A DNA stretch of 64,000 nt, taken from positions 32,001 to 96,000 of the IMG/VR virus record IMGVR_UViG_3300037245_004243, one strand, 5' to 3'. Position 1 is the first letter of the stretch; every line of letters starts with the position of its first letter. Shown in pieces: positions 18,273 to 28,012 of the stretch. A program made the translations under genes and the position numbers. The notes under the pieces are model-generated. The model was not told where the DNA came from, did not search any database, and saw only the letters and a list, made by a program, of their open reading frames with translations. The stretch is from an uncultured virus (IMG/VR IMGVR_UViG_3300037245_004243) (Duplodnaviria > Heunggongvirae > Uroviricota > Caudoviricetes).

Positions 18273-19052
18273 TTAAAATGGGCTCCAGCTTTTAAAAGCC
18301 GGATTGGCCACACCGGTCCCGCCTTGGCCATTGGCAAAAATCTTTTTACTATTAGCGGCAAGTGCCTCCTCACTTTCTGCAAATGATGATCCGCCACTTC
18401 CACCGAAAACGGTTTTTATACTGGAAGCAGGGATTTTATTAGATAAGGTTTCAATACCTTCTTTTAGAGCATCGATCCCTGTCCCGATGGTACCCTGGGC
18501 GAGATCAAAAGCAACATCTTTTACATCCGCGACGCTAATTCCTTCATCAAACTCATAAATAATATCATCGTATCGGAAAGAGGTCGAGAGGGTCATAAGT
18601 TGATCGTTTGCATCCGCCGCCAATGCGATATTCTCTATGTTGACCGGGAATGCATCTAAGATGGTACACTTTACCCGCATTAACTGCTTTCGATTCCATA
18701 GTTCAATCTCGATATTGCCGGAATATTCATCCTTATAATTGAAGGTACGCGAGCCATCATTCATTACCAGTTTTCGCCAGTCATTAAAAAACTTGATGAC
18801 TTTTAGGCCATCATCAACGAAAAATTCGAACGCTATTGGATCATAATCAACAGAACTTACATAATGCCGGGGCAGGTTGTTATATTGTACAGAAGTGGTG
18901 TTATAGGTCATAAACGGGAAAGTTGCGGATCTGGTTAAAAACCCGAACTCTTTTGCCCCAAAAAGGTGACCAGTGAAAGTTACTTGATAGAGATTTGGCC
19001 TAAGAAAATCTGAAAACGATGCTTTCAGATTTTCCAGAAACATGGTAGCCAT
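18273..19052 (-). CDS. gp54: baseplate tail-tube initiator, gp54-like
   Basis: Tube-fold paralog (RPNLYQV...YKDEY....AFP.NI...F.Y) with a C-terminal extension. Confidence 0.75.
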   Translation of the reverse strand: MATMFLENLKASFSDFLRPNLYQVTFTGHLFGAKEFGFLTRSATFPFMTYNTTSVQYNNLPRHYVSSVDYDPIAFEFFVDDGLKVIKFFNDWRKLVMNDGSRTFNYKDEYSGNIEIELWNRKQLMRVKCTILDAFPVNIENIALAADANDQLMTLSTSFRYDDIIYEFDEGISVADVKDVAFDLAQGTIGTGIDALKEGIETLSNKIPASSIKTVFGGSGGSSFAESEEALAANSKKIFANGQGGTGVANPAFKSWSPF

Positions 19053-19064
19053 AAATTACCTCTT

Positions 19065-19559
19065 TTAGAAAATGCGTGTCCAATAATCGAAACTGAAAGT
19101 AATTACATATTCGGCCAGGGTGTCATTGGTCTCATAGGATAAATCGACCGGGGCGATAGATGATGGCCACATACCAATGAAATTATATTCAGCGATTTCA
19201 TTATCGTTGGTGTCCAATGCAATGATCGTGCCAATGCGTTTATAAAGTGCTGAATCCAGGCCGATAGCTGCTTCATTTGCTTTGATGGTCTGCATCCACT
19301 CTTCGATGGCCGTGCGGACTGCAAAATCGGTATCCATAATGGCGGTCACCGACAGGTCTTCATAGGTCACATCACCGGCAAGTTTGGCTTTCATGCCAAG
19401 ATATGGCGCCTCAACGATGCCGATATTTTTTCCTGGGAGCTGAGCCGCTTTGCACAAGAAAACGAACTTTTCAGGCAATCCCATCACTTCCATTTTATAT
19501 AGGTTTGGCCGGTAACCAGCTTTCAATGCGGCCTTAAAATCTTCAATCCTGATTCCCAT
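19065..19559 (-). CDS. gp19: tail tube protein
   Basis: RPNLY, FLCKAAQLPG, KLAGD..Y, WPS.I.P.DL, F.FDYW. Confidence 0.92.
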   Translation of the reverse strand: MGIRIEDFKAALKAGYRPNLYKMEVMGLPEKFVFLCKAAQLPGKNIGIVEAPYLGMKAKLAGDVTYEDLSVTAIMDTDFAVRTAIEEWMQTIKANEAAIGLDSALYKRIGTIIALDTNDNEIAEYNFIGMWPSSIAPVDLSYETNDTLAEYVITFSFDYWTRIF

Positions 19560-19582
19560 TTGAATCTCCTTATATTAATTTA

Positions 19583-19609
19583 CCAGTCAGGGATTTTGGC
19601 CCTGACTGG
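19583..19609 (-). terminator. hairpin between gp18 and gp19
   Basis: CCAGTCAGGG / CCCTGACTGG 10-bp stem; weak U-tract. Confidence 0.55.
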
Positions 19610-19616
19610 AATTTGC

Positions 19617-21281
19617 TTATGCTGATTTGCTGATTGTTTCCGAGAACTCAACACCCGATTTCACGTTGATGAATTCGAGAACGATATACTCAGCAGATAC
19701 TTCTGGCTGGATGAAAATCCGCGCCCTGAATTCAGTTCTTGCCTTAACTGCGGCAGTGTTTACATTCGGGCCGACTTGGACTTCAAAATTTTCAATGCCC
19801 TCTTTACCCTGGACATCCCGCAGGAATGGAGTAACCAAACCCTTGAATTGTCGCTGAGTAAATGCGGTATTTTTCTCAAACATAAAATATTTGGAAGCAG
19901 TCGCGATAGCCTTTTCCAATACGATGAACAACCATCTGATATCCAGTCGGTCAAAGTAGGAAGGCCGGGTCAGCAACGTTTTCTGGCCAAGCAACACCGG
20001 ACCATCAGCGCTATCAACCAAAAGCGGATTGATGCCGTCTTTATACAGTAAATCCCGGTAAGGTTTGCCAGGATTGATGGCAAATTTGATGGTGTTTTTA
20101 ATAATACCGCGATTATAGCCAGCGCCAGCGATCCAAAGTTCTCGGACCTGCCCGGTATTGGCCATGACACCCGCACAGTCGGCAGACACTGGGAGCCAGC
20201 GAAACACACCATTGTAAGTGTCTTCCTGATATTTCCAGTTGCCAAAAAGCCCTGCATAGGAAGTGCTTCGGCTCAATTCATTTTTGCGGTAATCGACGAT
20301 ATCGGCAACCGCTGCTGAAAGGGACGTTTTGCCGACGATATCGGCCTGGGGAGGCGTAAAATAACCGACCATATCTTTCCGGACTTCCAAAAGATTGTCG
20401 ATTAAGTATTGCTGAATGGTGCTATTGGTCCAGGCGCCGTCGATAATCATATTGACATCCACTTCCTCTGCATTTTCGAATAAATCGAATCCTGCCTGGA
20501 TCTCGCTGTTGCCGGGTGTACCATTCACACCGCCGCTCATCAAATGTGCCTCGAAAGATGCAACATCGATTGCATTGCCGACATCATTATATCCCAGGAT
20601 GTAAGCTGAATTCTGGAATAAATAATCATTGATGTACGTGTTTACGCCATCAACTTTGTTGCCGGGAGTTGTCGAAACAATCCAGCGCTCCACGATTTCA
20701 TAATCGCCATTTTTATCCAGGGCCAGAACACAAATGGCCACCTCATTGGCAATTGGGATAAATTCAAATTGATCAACAAATTTGATGCCAGTATCGACCA
20801 GTGCGGTAGCGAAATCGCTGTCATTGGCAACGGCCACTTTGAGTGTATTGCCGAACACACCGGGGTATTTTGCCAGAAGGTGAATTTTATCTGTTCCACC
20901 GGCAAAACTTGGTGTATGCTGCTCATAAGCATCGTCGTTCAAAAGCAATGTCACATTTTCGATAGGATCAACTTCATTATCGGTATCTTGCAACATATAT
21001 CCTGCGTTTTTCGAAGTGGCCTCATCAAGCACTCGGACCATCAGCAACGCACTGGAGTATTGCAGATAATTGAATGCCGAAAACCAACTCAAATAATTGA
21101 CATCATTTGGGACGCCGAAAATATCAAAAAGCTCGGTGTCATTGGTCATCGTAATGCGCTGATTACAAGCGCCCCATTCAAATTCTCCAACCATACCGCA
21201 TATCGTGCTTGAAACCGCAGGGATCGTCAGGGTCAAATCTTTCTCCACAATGGACTGACTTGGTGATAAACTGAATCCCAT
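19617..21281 (-). other. gp18: tail sheath protein
   Basis: LSP....EKDLT, G.FEWG, YPG..GN, W.AGAGYNRG, LYK.GINP, FEKN..FT..QF. Confidence 0.95.
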
Positions 21282-21327
21282 AATTTTTCTCCTTTATTAT
21301 TAGTGCAAATTTTACCTGTTGTTAATC

Positions 21328-21339
21328 TATTTACCGTTT
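21328..21339 (-). promoter_or_regulatory. putative late promoter AAACGGTAAATA (gp18)
   Basis: The identical 12-mer also precedes gp23 and gp22. Confidence 0.65.
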
Positions 21340-22961
21340 TAGAAAGATGATCCAACCCAATCTTCATCACCAATACTATCTTCATCAAAGGAAGTGATAT
21401 CAATACCGTTATCTACATAACCAGCCGGGAGCAAATCCTCTTCTATTCTATTAATTTTATTTTTATCCATTAAACGTTTTTGATCGATCCAATTTTCTGT
21501 CCAGGTCCGATTTTGCATGAAATACGAAAATAAAATCAAAGGCGTCACTAAATCGTCGTGATCGGAGTCTTCTTCAGCTTGATAACTATCACGGACCTTA
21601 ATAAATGTACTAAATTGAGTGATTGTACTTTGATCTTGAACGATCATATTGCCGTCTTCGATATTTTGTTTTAACCGCATGCAACCGCGCAGTTTAGAGC
21701 CTTTAGTCATTTTTATACCGAAAGAATCGTTATCGCCATAAAAAATATTTTCATACTCGAGATCATAATTCAGATCATCCAAGATGCCTATGCCGATATT
21801 ATTCGTTTCGCCAATGACGAGTCCCTGATTATAAAATTCACCGATCCTTTCTATAATATATGGCATTTCCGAGGGAGCAATCATGTTGTCCTCATATACC
21901 GCCACCTCGCGCCACGGCACGCCGCCCGTGATATCCATTACCTGAATTGTATTGTAATCTAATCCAACGCCCTCCCCGAAATCACATATCAAAATATATT
22001 GGTGATCATTTTTGGGCTCCTTTTCGTCGCGCACCGGCATTTCAAAAATCCGGAAGTGATCGTCAAATCTAATTTCTTCAGGGTCCTCCATAACCAGTGT
22101 ATTTTGCAGATGATATGAGGATATCAATGTCCCGGCAGAGCCTAAGAAATTGCACTCATATTCCTGCATCCATTTCTGTATACCAAGTTCTGCGATTGTG
22201 GCTTCTTTGAAGCCCTTTACCGCATAGGCCGGGACATCCATGTAACCGATCTCGAAATGCGCAAATACGTTTTTCTTGTTTTCTGCATCATGCCAGAATT
22301 TGTAAAAATGATTCATACCACGGGGAGTTGAAACCATGATAATTTTCGACTTTCTGGACGATGAAACAGTCGGATAAATCGAAGAGTAAAACTCATCCCA
22401 TATATTTTTAGGTATCCAGGCACACTCATCAATGACAAGGGTATTAATGGAATCCGATCTGGTACCGGAGGCGGATGTTGCAGATGCCTCGATATAACTG
22501 CCGTTTTCTAATTCAATCGATAATTTTGACCATCCTGTGATGCCCTGTTGCAACCAATATGGGAGGGTCTTATATAAAAGTTTCACTTTTTTGAGAATAT
22601 TCTTGGCAGATTTCTCTTTATTTGCTAAGATAGAACAAGAATGATAATCATTAAAAACGCACTCCCATACCAAAAATGCAGCAACAATGGCTGATTTTCC
22701 GGACTGCCGGGGCAATTTAAAAATGGCTCGAGTATTCGCAGCCATTATTTCCAGCATAGTGTCTTGATATGGCCGGGTATTAAATAGTTGCTTTCCGTCA
22801 TCCAATGTGATAATATGACAATATGTGTTTATAAAATAATGGGGATCTCCCGCGCACCTTATAATTTCCTGGAGCTGCCAAGGGCTCAAATGCATCTCGT
22901 GCCCTGCATTTCGAAGGCCGCGCCTCCCATTAAAAAATTCTTGGATTTTCCTTTTTATCAT
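21339..22961 (-). CDS. gp17: terminase large subunit
   Basis: RPYQ, Walker A PRQSGKS, Walker B LVIDECAW, STPRGMNHFY, QEYEC.F.GS, D.GEGVG.DY, HDDLV. Confidence 0.97.
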   Translation of the reverse strand: MIKRKIQEFFNGRRGLRNAGHEMHLSPWQLQEIIRCAGDPHYFINTYCHIITLDDGKQLFNTRPYQDTMLEIMAANTRAIFKLPRQSGKSAIVAAFLVWECVFNDYHSCSILANKEKSAKNILKKVKLLYKTLPYWLQQGITGWSKLSIELENGSYIEASATSASGTRSDSINTLVIDECAWIPKNIWDEFYSSIYPTVSSSRKSKIIMVSTPRGMNHFYKFWHDAENKKNVFAHFEIGYMDVPAYAVKGFKEATIAELGIQKWMQEYECNFLGSAGTLISSYHLQNTLVMEDPEEIRFDDHFRIFEMPVRDEKEPKNDHQYILICDFGEGVGLDYNTIQVMDITGGVPWREVAVYEDNMIAPSEMPYIIERIGEFYNQGLVIGETNNIGIGILDDLNYDLEYENIFYGDNDSFGIKMTKGSKLRGCMRLKQNIEDGNMIVQDQSTITQFSTFIKVRDSYQAEEDSDHDDLVTPLILFSYFMQNRTWTENWIDQKRLMDKNKINRIEEDLLPAGYVDNGIDITSFDEDSIGDEDWVGSSF

Positions 22962-22991
22962 TAAAAATAATTCCTTTTATGTATTTACTTG

Positions 22992-23021
22992 TTGACAAAA
23001 AATTGGGTATTGTGGTATGTT
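22992..23021 (+). promoter_or_regulatory. sigma70-like early promoter, divergent from gp17
   Basis: TTGACA, N18, TATGTT with a TGTGG extension. Confidence 0.6.
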
Positions 23022-23051
23022 TAAACAATAAAACGAAAAGGAGAAATAAAC

Positions 23052-23327
23052 ATGAGTGATCAAAGCGCCTGGCCCTGGAGAAACCAAAATATGGTAATGA
23101 TTTTAAACCGCTTTTGCCTAATCAAATGTGCTCGAGACGGTCAGCTTTTAACAAAAATCAGAATAGGCGATATTCAACCCCGATTTAAAATTGCTGCCGC
23201 TTGTGCCGACGTCGTCATTATAAAGGATGGCAAAAAATTTGCCGTTTTAAAGCACAACCATATGATGAACGTTATTGGTTACGATTATCCTGTATCAACC
23301 CTGAAAAATATTATGTTTGCCCGATAG
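23052..23327 (+). CDS. hypothetical protein
   Basis: AAGGAG RBS; 91 aa. Confidence 0.6.
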   Translation: MSDQSAWPWRNQNMVMILNRFCLIKCARDGQLLTKIRIGDIQPRFKIAAACADVVIIKDGKKFAVLKHNHMMNVIGYDYPVSTLKNIMFAR

Positions 23328-23335
23328 GAGAATTT

Positions 23336-24685
23336 ATGACGGACTACCAGGAAACAATTGAAGAAGAAGCCGAGCGTCTTACTGGCGATGACGCCGACGA
23401 AGGCGCCGACTGGACGAAAGACGCGCCGGAAATAACGCTTACGGTAGAACAACAGGCTGTTTGTGATGCCCTGATGGGTTGGGTTAAGAAGTATTACACT
23501 CGTCCCGACTACCATTTTACAACGATGGCCGGACTCGCCGGGACCGGGAAAACTACCCTTTTAGGATTCATGGCAAACGCCCTCCGAGAAAGAATGAGCC
23601 ATCTCCGAATAGGTTTTATAACTTATACCGGAAAGGCATCCATTGTATTAGCCTCGAAACTGATCGATATGGGGCCGGAAGATTATGTCGGTACAATCCA
23701 CTCCCTGATATACTTTCCGATTGTTGATGAAAAAACCGGGAAGGTCGAAGGATGGTCGCGTAAGGATGAGCTGGACGTCGATTTTATTTTTGTGGACGAG
23801 GCCAGTATGGTCGGAAAAGAAATATGGGAAGACCTGCTGAATTATAATATACCCATTATTGCCATCGGGGACCACGGCCAACTACCTCCGGTTGGCGCCG
23901 ATAGTTTCAATTTGATGGCCAAGCCAGACCATATTTTAACGGAAATCCACCGTCAAGCCAAGGACAATCCCATTATCAAACTTTCGATGATCGCCCGAGA
24001 GGAAGGATATGTCGAATGTGGGATGTACGGTACCGCGATTGCAAAGTTACACTGGTCCGATCCACGATGCAAAAAAATCCTTTCTGCATATGATAAAGAT
24101 TCTGATCTGATCGCCCTCTGCGGTATGAATGCCACCAGGGTGCAGATAAATAAAATCGTTCGCAGCAAATACGGTTTCAAAGGAACGCCCAAGGTCAGTG
24201 AACGCCTGATTTGCCTTAAAAATAACAAAAAGATCAACGCTATGAACGGGCAGATAGGTACACTCATCGCTATTGAATCAGTCGGGCCGAAATTTTTTGA
24301 AATACAAATACGGATGGACGGCAGCAAATTTGATGTCTGGAGTTTTTGCTTAAAATCTGGATTTGGTAAGGTATTTTCAAAAGACGCATATTCAGAAAGT
24401 AATATGCGAGAAACAAGGGATGATCTCGCCGATGCGGTCCAGGAAAAAATGCGCAAAGCGAATCCAAATTATTTCATGACCTCGGATGAACGCCGCTTTT
24501 GCAAGGTCGACCTTTTTGATTTCGGCTATTGCGTCTCGGTCCATAAAAGCCAAGGATCAGAGTGGAGCAGAGTCATCCTGATTGACGAAAGAAACCAATA
24601 TCAAACCGATGACGATTATACCCGATGGTTGTATACCGGGATAACCCGCGCAAAAGATAAACTTATTATGATTGAGGACTTTTAA
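23336..24685 (+). CDS. dda: SF1B helicase, Dda/RecD2-like
   Basis: GLAGTGKTT, TYTGKA, TIHS, VDEASMV, GDHGQLPPV, EIHRQ, SVHKSQGSEW, LYTGITRA; start placed after AGGAG. Confidence 0.9.
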   Translation: MTDYQETIEEEAERLTGDDADEGADWTKDAPEITLTVEQQAVCDALMGWVKKYYTRPDYHFTTMAGLAGTGKTTLLGFMANALRERMSHLRIGFITYTGKASIVLASKLIDMGPEDYVGTIHSLIYFPIVDEKTGKVEGWSRKDELDVDFIFVDEASMVGKEIWEDLLNYNIPIIAIGDHGQLPPVGADSFNLMAKPDHILTEIHRQAKDNPIIKLSMIAREEGYVECGMYGTAIAKLHWSDPRCKKILSAYDKDSDLIALCGMNATRVQINKIVRSKYGFKGTPKVSERLICLKNNKKINAMNGQIGTLIAIESVGPKFFEIQIRMDGSKFDVWSFCLKSGFGKVFSKDAYSESNMRETRDDLADAVQEKMRKANPNYFMTSDERRFCKVDLFDFGYCVSVHKSQGSEWSRVILIDERNQYQTDDDYTRWLYTGITRAKDKLIMIEDF

Positions 24686-24686
24686 A

Positions 24687-24881
24687 ATGGAATTAGAACT
24701 GACCGACGACAACATCGACAAACTTGCTGAAGAAGCAAGGCAGAAAAAGATCTTGGACAGGAAAAACAAAAAACTCGCTCAACTCGCTTTTGGGCACAAC
24801 GGCCTCGTAATCGACGGCCAGGACAATTGTTCCGAAGATCTGGAAAGATTGGAACGATTGAAAGGGGAGACTTATTCCTAA
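24687..24881 (+). CDS. hypothetical protein
   Basis: GAGG RBS, ATG 24687. Confidence 0.5.
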   Translation: MELELTDDNIDKLAEEARQKKILDRKNKKLAQLAFGHNGLVIDGQDNCSEDLERLERLKGETYS

Positions 24882-25111
24882 TGATAAAAAAGCAATTTTT
24901 ATACCAAACGGAAAAAATTATGTCCCGAAGAATTGCTGAACCAGATAAGAAAGCATATCTTAAAAGGATGATACCTATCCATTTGGCCGAGGCACGCCTG
25001 GAAATCGAGAACGGCAATATCTATGGAGCCGAAACACACATCGCAATTGCCGAAGAAATGATTGATGAAACTTGGTTTCTGCCCGGCCTTGGTCGGTTTC
25101 TAAACAATTAA
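24881..25111 (+). CDS. hypothetical protein
   Basis: TAATG coupling and GGGGAG RBS. Confidence 0.55.
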   Translation: MIKKQFLYQTEKIMSRRIAEPDKKAYLKRMIPIHLAEARLEIENGNIYGAETHIAIAEEMIDETWFLPGLGRFLNN

Positions 25112-25127
25112 AAAGGGAGACTTTAAA

Positions 25128-25658
25128 ATGAAAGTAAAAATTGACATCTGGACAATCGAATTGACACTTTTACTTTACCGGGAAATCATGAAACGCTTTG
25201 GCCCACATCGTCTTTGGGGACCGGCCAGTTTTCCTGCCGTTTCCCCAGGTGCATATGATGATTTCTGTGAAGATTTTGCCAGGGCTCATGGCGCCAAAAG
25301 CTCCGACGCTGTCAAAATGCAAGTCGGATGGGCAATTGGCCATCAGCCCATGATCAAAAATTTGCACAATATGAGAAACTTTTTTCGGAATAAACTGGTT
25401 GCCTGGGACGTCGATTTTATTGACAGTAACTTATTTCCGGCATGGTCAATGAATTGGTACCGGGACGTCTCGGATCATATTAAGAATGTGACGCGCTCGA
25501 TGATGGAGACCCATGTTTATGGGGAATCTGTAAAAATAAACGATTTCATAGAAGATGAGGAAGAGGCGCCGGAAGAAAAAGGTCTCTCCTCTTCCTTTCC
25601 GTCTGGCGGTTTTATGGCAGGGTGCCGACAAACATTATTTATTTTAAATCGAAGATAA
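25128..25658 (+). CDS. hypothetical protein
   Basis: GGGAG RBS; 176 aa. Confidence 0.65.
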   Translation: MKVKIDIWTIELTLLLYREIMKRFGPHRLWGPASFPAVSPGAYDDFCEDFARAHGAKSSDAVKMQVGWAIGHQPMIKNLHNMRNFFRNKLVAWDVDFIDSNLFPAWSMNWYRDVSDHIKNVTRSMMETHVYGESVKINDFIEDEEEAPEEKGLSSSFPSGGFMAGCRQTLFILNRR

Positions 25659-25661
25659 ACC

Positions 25662-25700
25662 TCAAGTTTCCTTGACATAAGCCGATAACAGTTATAGTAT
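25662..25700 (+). promoter_or_regulatory. sigma28 (FliA/SigD)-type promoter nested with a sigma70-type promoter
   Basis: TCAAGTTT-N11-GCCGATAA (25662-25688); TTGACA (25672), N17, TAGTAT (25695). Confidence 0.65.
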
Positions 25701-25736
25701 GAGAGAATAAACCAACGGCAACAAGGAGACTTAAAC

Positions 25737-25898
25737 ATGTACAAAATCAAAAGAAACGGAAAAACCTTAAAAGCGCAATTTGGGTCAGAAAAAACAGCAA
25801 CTCAATTTGCTCAAATCATGGCTGATAATGAATTAAAAGCTGGCATTTCCTTTGATATTTTCAAAGTCAAATATATCGGTGACGCACACAAAGCCTAA
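25737..25898 (+). CDS. hypothetical 53-aa protein (not in ORF track)
   Basis: AAGGAG RBS, then MYKIKRNGKTLKAQFGSE...AHKA*. Confidence 0.65.
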   Translation: MYKIKRNGKTLKAQFGSEKTATQFAQIMADNELKAGISFDIFKVKYIGDAHKA

Positions 25899-25913
25899 AA
25901 AGGAGACTTGAAT

Positions 25914-26267
25914 ATGACCTTCCCGGCAAAAGAAAACCTAATATATTTTGAGACCCTGAAGAAAAAACAAGATGACGACGATTTCGGAATCGAGATAACT
26001 CTTCGCGCAGGAGTAAAAAATGCCGCCAGGGAAAACTTGATTGAGCTGATGGCCAATTACGCATATACCCTGATCCGCAACGACGACCGCAGCAGCAGCG
26101 TAACAACCCTTTTCATTCCCTTCGAATTTGACGAGGGAGCATATGTAGGGGTCGAGCTAAAAGTAAAATTTAACAAAATAAATAATCGCGAATTTCTTTT
26201 GACCGAAATCAAACGCGCACGCCGGACCCACGCCGAAATAGAAGGCAAACTTTTTAAAATAAAGTAA
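25914..26267 (+). CDS. hypothetical protein
   Basis: AAGGAG RBS. Confidence 0.65.
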   Translation: MTFPAKENLIYFETLKKKQDDDDFGIEITLRAGVKNAARENLIELMANYAYTLIRNDDRSSSVTTLFIPFEFDEGAYVGVELKVKFNKINNREFLLTEIKRARRTHAEIEGKLFKIK

Positions 26268-26276
26268 AAATAAAGC

Positions 26277-26314
26277 TCAAGTTTTGTTTGGAAACGCCGA
26301 TAACAGTTATAGTA
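26277..26314 (+). promoter_or_regulatory. second sigma28-type promoter
   Basis: TCAAGTTT-N11-GCCGATAA (26277-26303); shares GCCGATAACAGTTATAGTA exactly with 25681-25699. Confidence 0.65.
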
Positions 26315-26345
26315 ACGCGGAATCAACCCAAACAAGGAGACCGAC

Positions 26346-26549
26346 ATGAACGACGACCATCTTCACAGTAATTGCTACAAAGGAATTTGCTCAGACCTTA
26401 ATTGTAAAGAAGCAGTAAAACAAAACCTGGTCACTGGAAATTGGTTCATTACGATGGGACATGCCGGATTCAATACCGCCACAAATAACCGGAATGGGTA
26501 TGTGAGCGAAAAACGCGCACGAAGCGCCCACATGAATTATACCAAATAA
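26346..26549 (+). CDS. hypothetical protein
   Basis: AAGGAG RBS; 67 aa. Confidence 0.6.
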   Translation: MNDDHLHSNCYKGICSDLNCKEAVKQNLVTGNWFITMGHAGFNTATNNRNGYVSEKRARSAHMNYTK

Positions 26550-26889
26550 GCGAGAAATGCTAAAAATTATATTCATCGACGCTTAATATAGGAGGTTTAA
26601 AAATGGATTTCGAGAAAATGACAAAGGCGCAAATTATCAGGTCTCTAAATGACAAAACCATTTTAACTACCATCACCGATAATTTTGAGCGCATTTCTTT
26701 CGGCCATATTCAAATGGTAGAAAATATCGGTAAAGCTCTCCTTACTAATCCGAGTCGCTCATTTGAGAAAATCATTAACTCTGCCCTGGACGAATCCGGC
26801 AATCTCGTTATCACCATACCTAAACTTTAGCCGCCACATAACATTAAGCGAGAAATTATGCTAAAAATTATATTCATCGATGCTTTAAT
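26547..26889 (+). repeat. ~42-bp imperfect direct repeat flanking ORF 26603-26830
   Basis: TAAGCGAGAAAT(TAT)GCTAAAAATTATATTCATCGAYGCTT at 26547 and 26845. Confidence 0.85.
26603..26830 (+). CDS. hypothetical protein
   Basis: AGGAGGT RBS; 75 aa. Confidence 0.7.
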   Translation: MDFEKMTKAQIIRSLNDKTILTTITDNFERISFGHIQMVENIGKALLTNPSRSFEKIINSALDESGNLVITIPKL

Positions 26890-27028
26890 CGCATACCTTT
26901 TAATAAACTTTTTGGATTTGACAGGGCTCGCTGCCACCGCCCTTTACTTTGTCTTAACAGCCGGATTCGCCCTGGACGTATACTGCCACATTAGCCGCCA
27001 CATTAGCCGAAATTATTATTGGTATTAA
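26858..27028 (+). CDS. 56-aa hydrophobic protein (not in ORF track)
   Basis: MLKIIFIDALIAYLLINFLDLTGLAATALYFVLTAGFALDVY...*. Confidence 0.45.
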   Translation: MLKIIFIDALIAYLLINFLDLTGLAATALYFVLTAGFALDVYCHISRHISRNYYWY

Positions 27029-27108
27029 CATATTGCCGCCGATAGGCCCACATCCAGGCCACACTCCAAAGGTGTGAAAGCCTGGGGCCATCGGCAAACA
27101 GGAATCCG

Positions 27109-27309
27109 ATGCATAAGCATAAATGGGAAGATAAAAATCCGGCGCCGGGCACAAAGTGGTTCAAGTATTTTGGTTGCTATGATCTGCGCGAATGTCAAAA
27201 GTGTGGTATAATACAGGAAAAGCACTCGGAAACTGATTGGGGCCGGGTAACCGGTTATAGATGGTTTCCATTAGCCGGGAGATGCAAAGGGAGACGAAAT
27301 GATACCTAA
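27109..27309 (+). CDS. hypothetical small Cys/His protein
   Basis: HKHKW...RECQKCG. Confidence 0.5.
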   Translation: MHKHKWEDKNPAPGTKWFKYFGCYDLRECQKCGIIQEKHSETDWGRVTGYRWFPLAGRCKGRRNDT

Positions 27310-27330
27310 AAATTTAAACGATAAATTCAT

Positions 27331-27359
27331 TTGACAAAGGTAGCATCCTGATATATAAT
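27331..27359 (+). promoter_or_regulatory. sigma70-type early promoter
   Basis: TTGACA, N17, TATAAT (perfect consensus). Confidence 0.85.
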
Positions 27360-27386
27360 GTATTTAATTGGTTAGGAGACTTCATT

Positions 27387-27587
27387 ATGAAAAATAGAGA
27401 GCCGGAAATACATGCCGAGTTAAAGGTACCTTATAGCCCATTTTCTCAAATATACCCATTGCCGGTAGGCACGAAATGTATTATTACAAGTGAAGAGGCC
27501 GACAGATACGCCGTCAAATTTCCTGATGTGATCGGTTATTCAGGCACATTCCACGTCAAAAAATATCAGATTACAGCCCAAAAGTAA
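27387..27587 (+). CDS. hypothetical SH3-like small protein
   Basis: AGGAG RBS; beta-rich LPVGT.C.I...YAVKF. Confidence 0.6.
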   Translation: MKNREPEIHAELKVPYSPFSQIYPLPVGTKCIITSEEADRYAVKFPDVIGYSGTFHVKKYQITAQK

Positions 27588-27638
27588 ACAATTGTGGGAC
27601 TTATGGCCAGATAATTTAAAATAGGGAGATTAAATATC

Positions 27639-27998
27639 ATGAAATGCACATTATGTTTTACAGAAATTGCCGGGATTAATGAAGCAATCGATGCCGATTG
27701 GATTCCTAATTTCTTTGTTGGGGCAACCGAGCATGGCCCGGTTTGTCCATCTTGCCAGCAAAAGTATCTTTGGTTAGATTCAATCGATGGCGAGTTTGAT
27801 TTGTCAACTGAATTTGTGAACATCTTTTTAAAATCAGCATCTTATATGGATTCCGGTTTTAAGGGCAAATCATATATCGGATTTTGTGGGGACATCGAAG
27901 TTTCGGAAAAATGCGAGATATGCACGCCGCAATGTGAAAAAAATGGAATGAAACCGCTTGATGGATATGTAAACACTGCACCGGATTATTCAATTTAA
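27639..27998 (+). CDS. hypothetical Cys-rich protein
   Basis: CTLC..VCPSC..CEIC. Confidence 0.65.
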   Translation: MKCTLCFTEIAGINEAIDADWIPNFFVGATEHGPVCPSCQQKYLWLDSIDGEFDLSTEFVNIFLKSASYMDSGFKGKSYIGFCGDIEVSEKCEICTPQCEKNGMKPLDGYVNTAPDYSI

Positions 27999-28012
27999 GG
28001 GAGATAAATATC

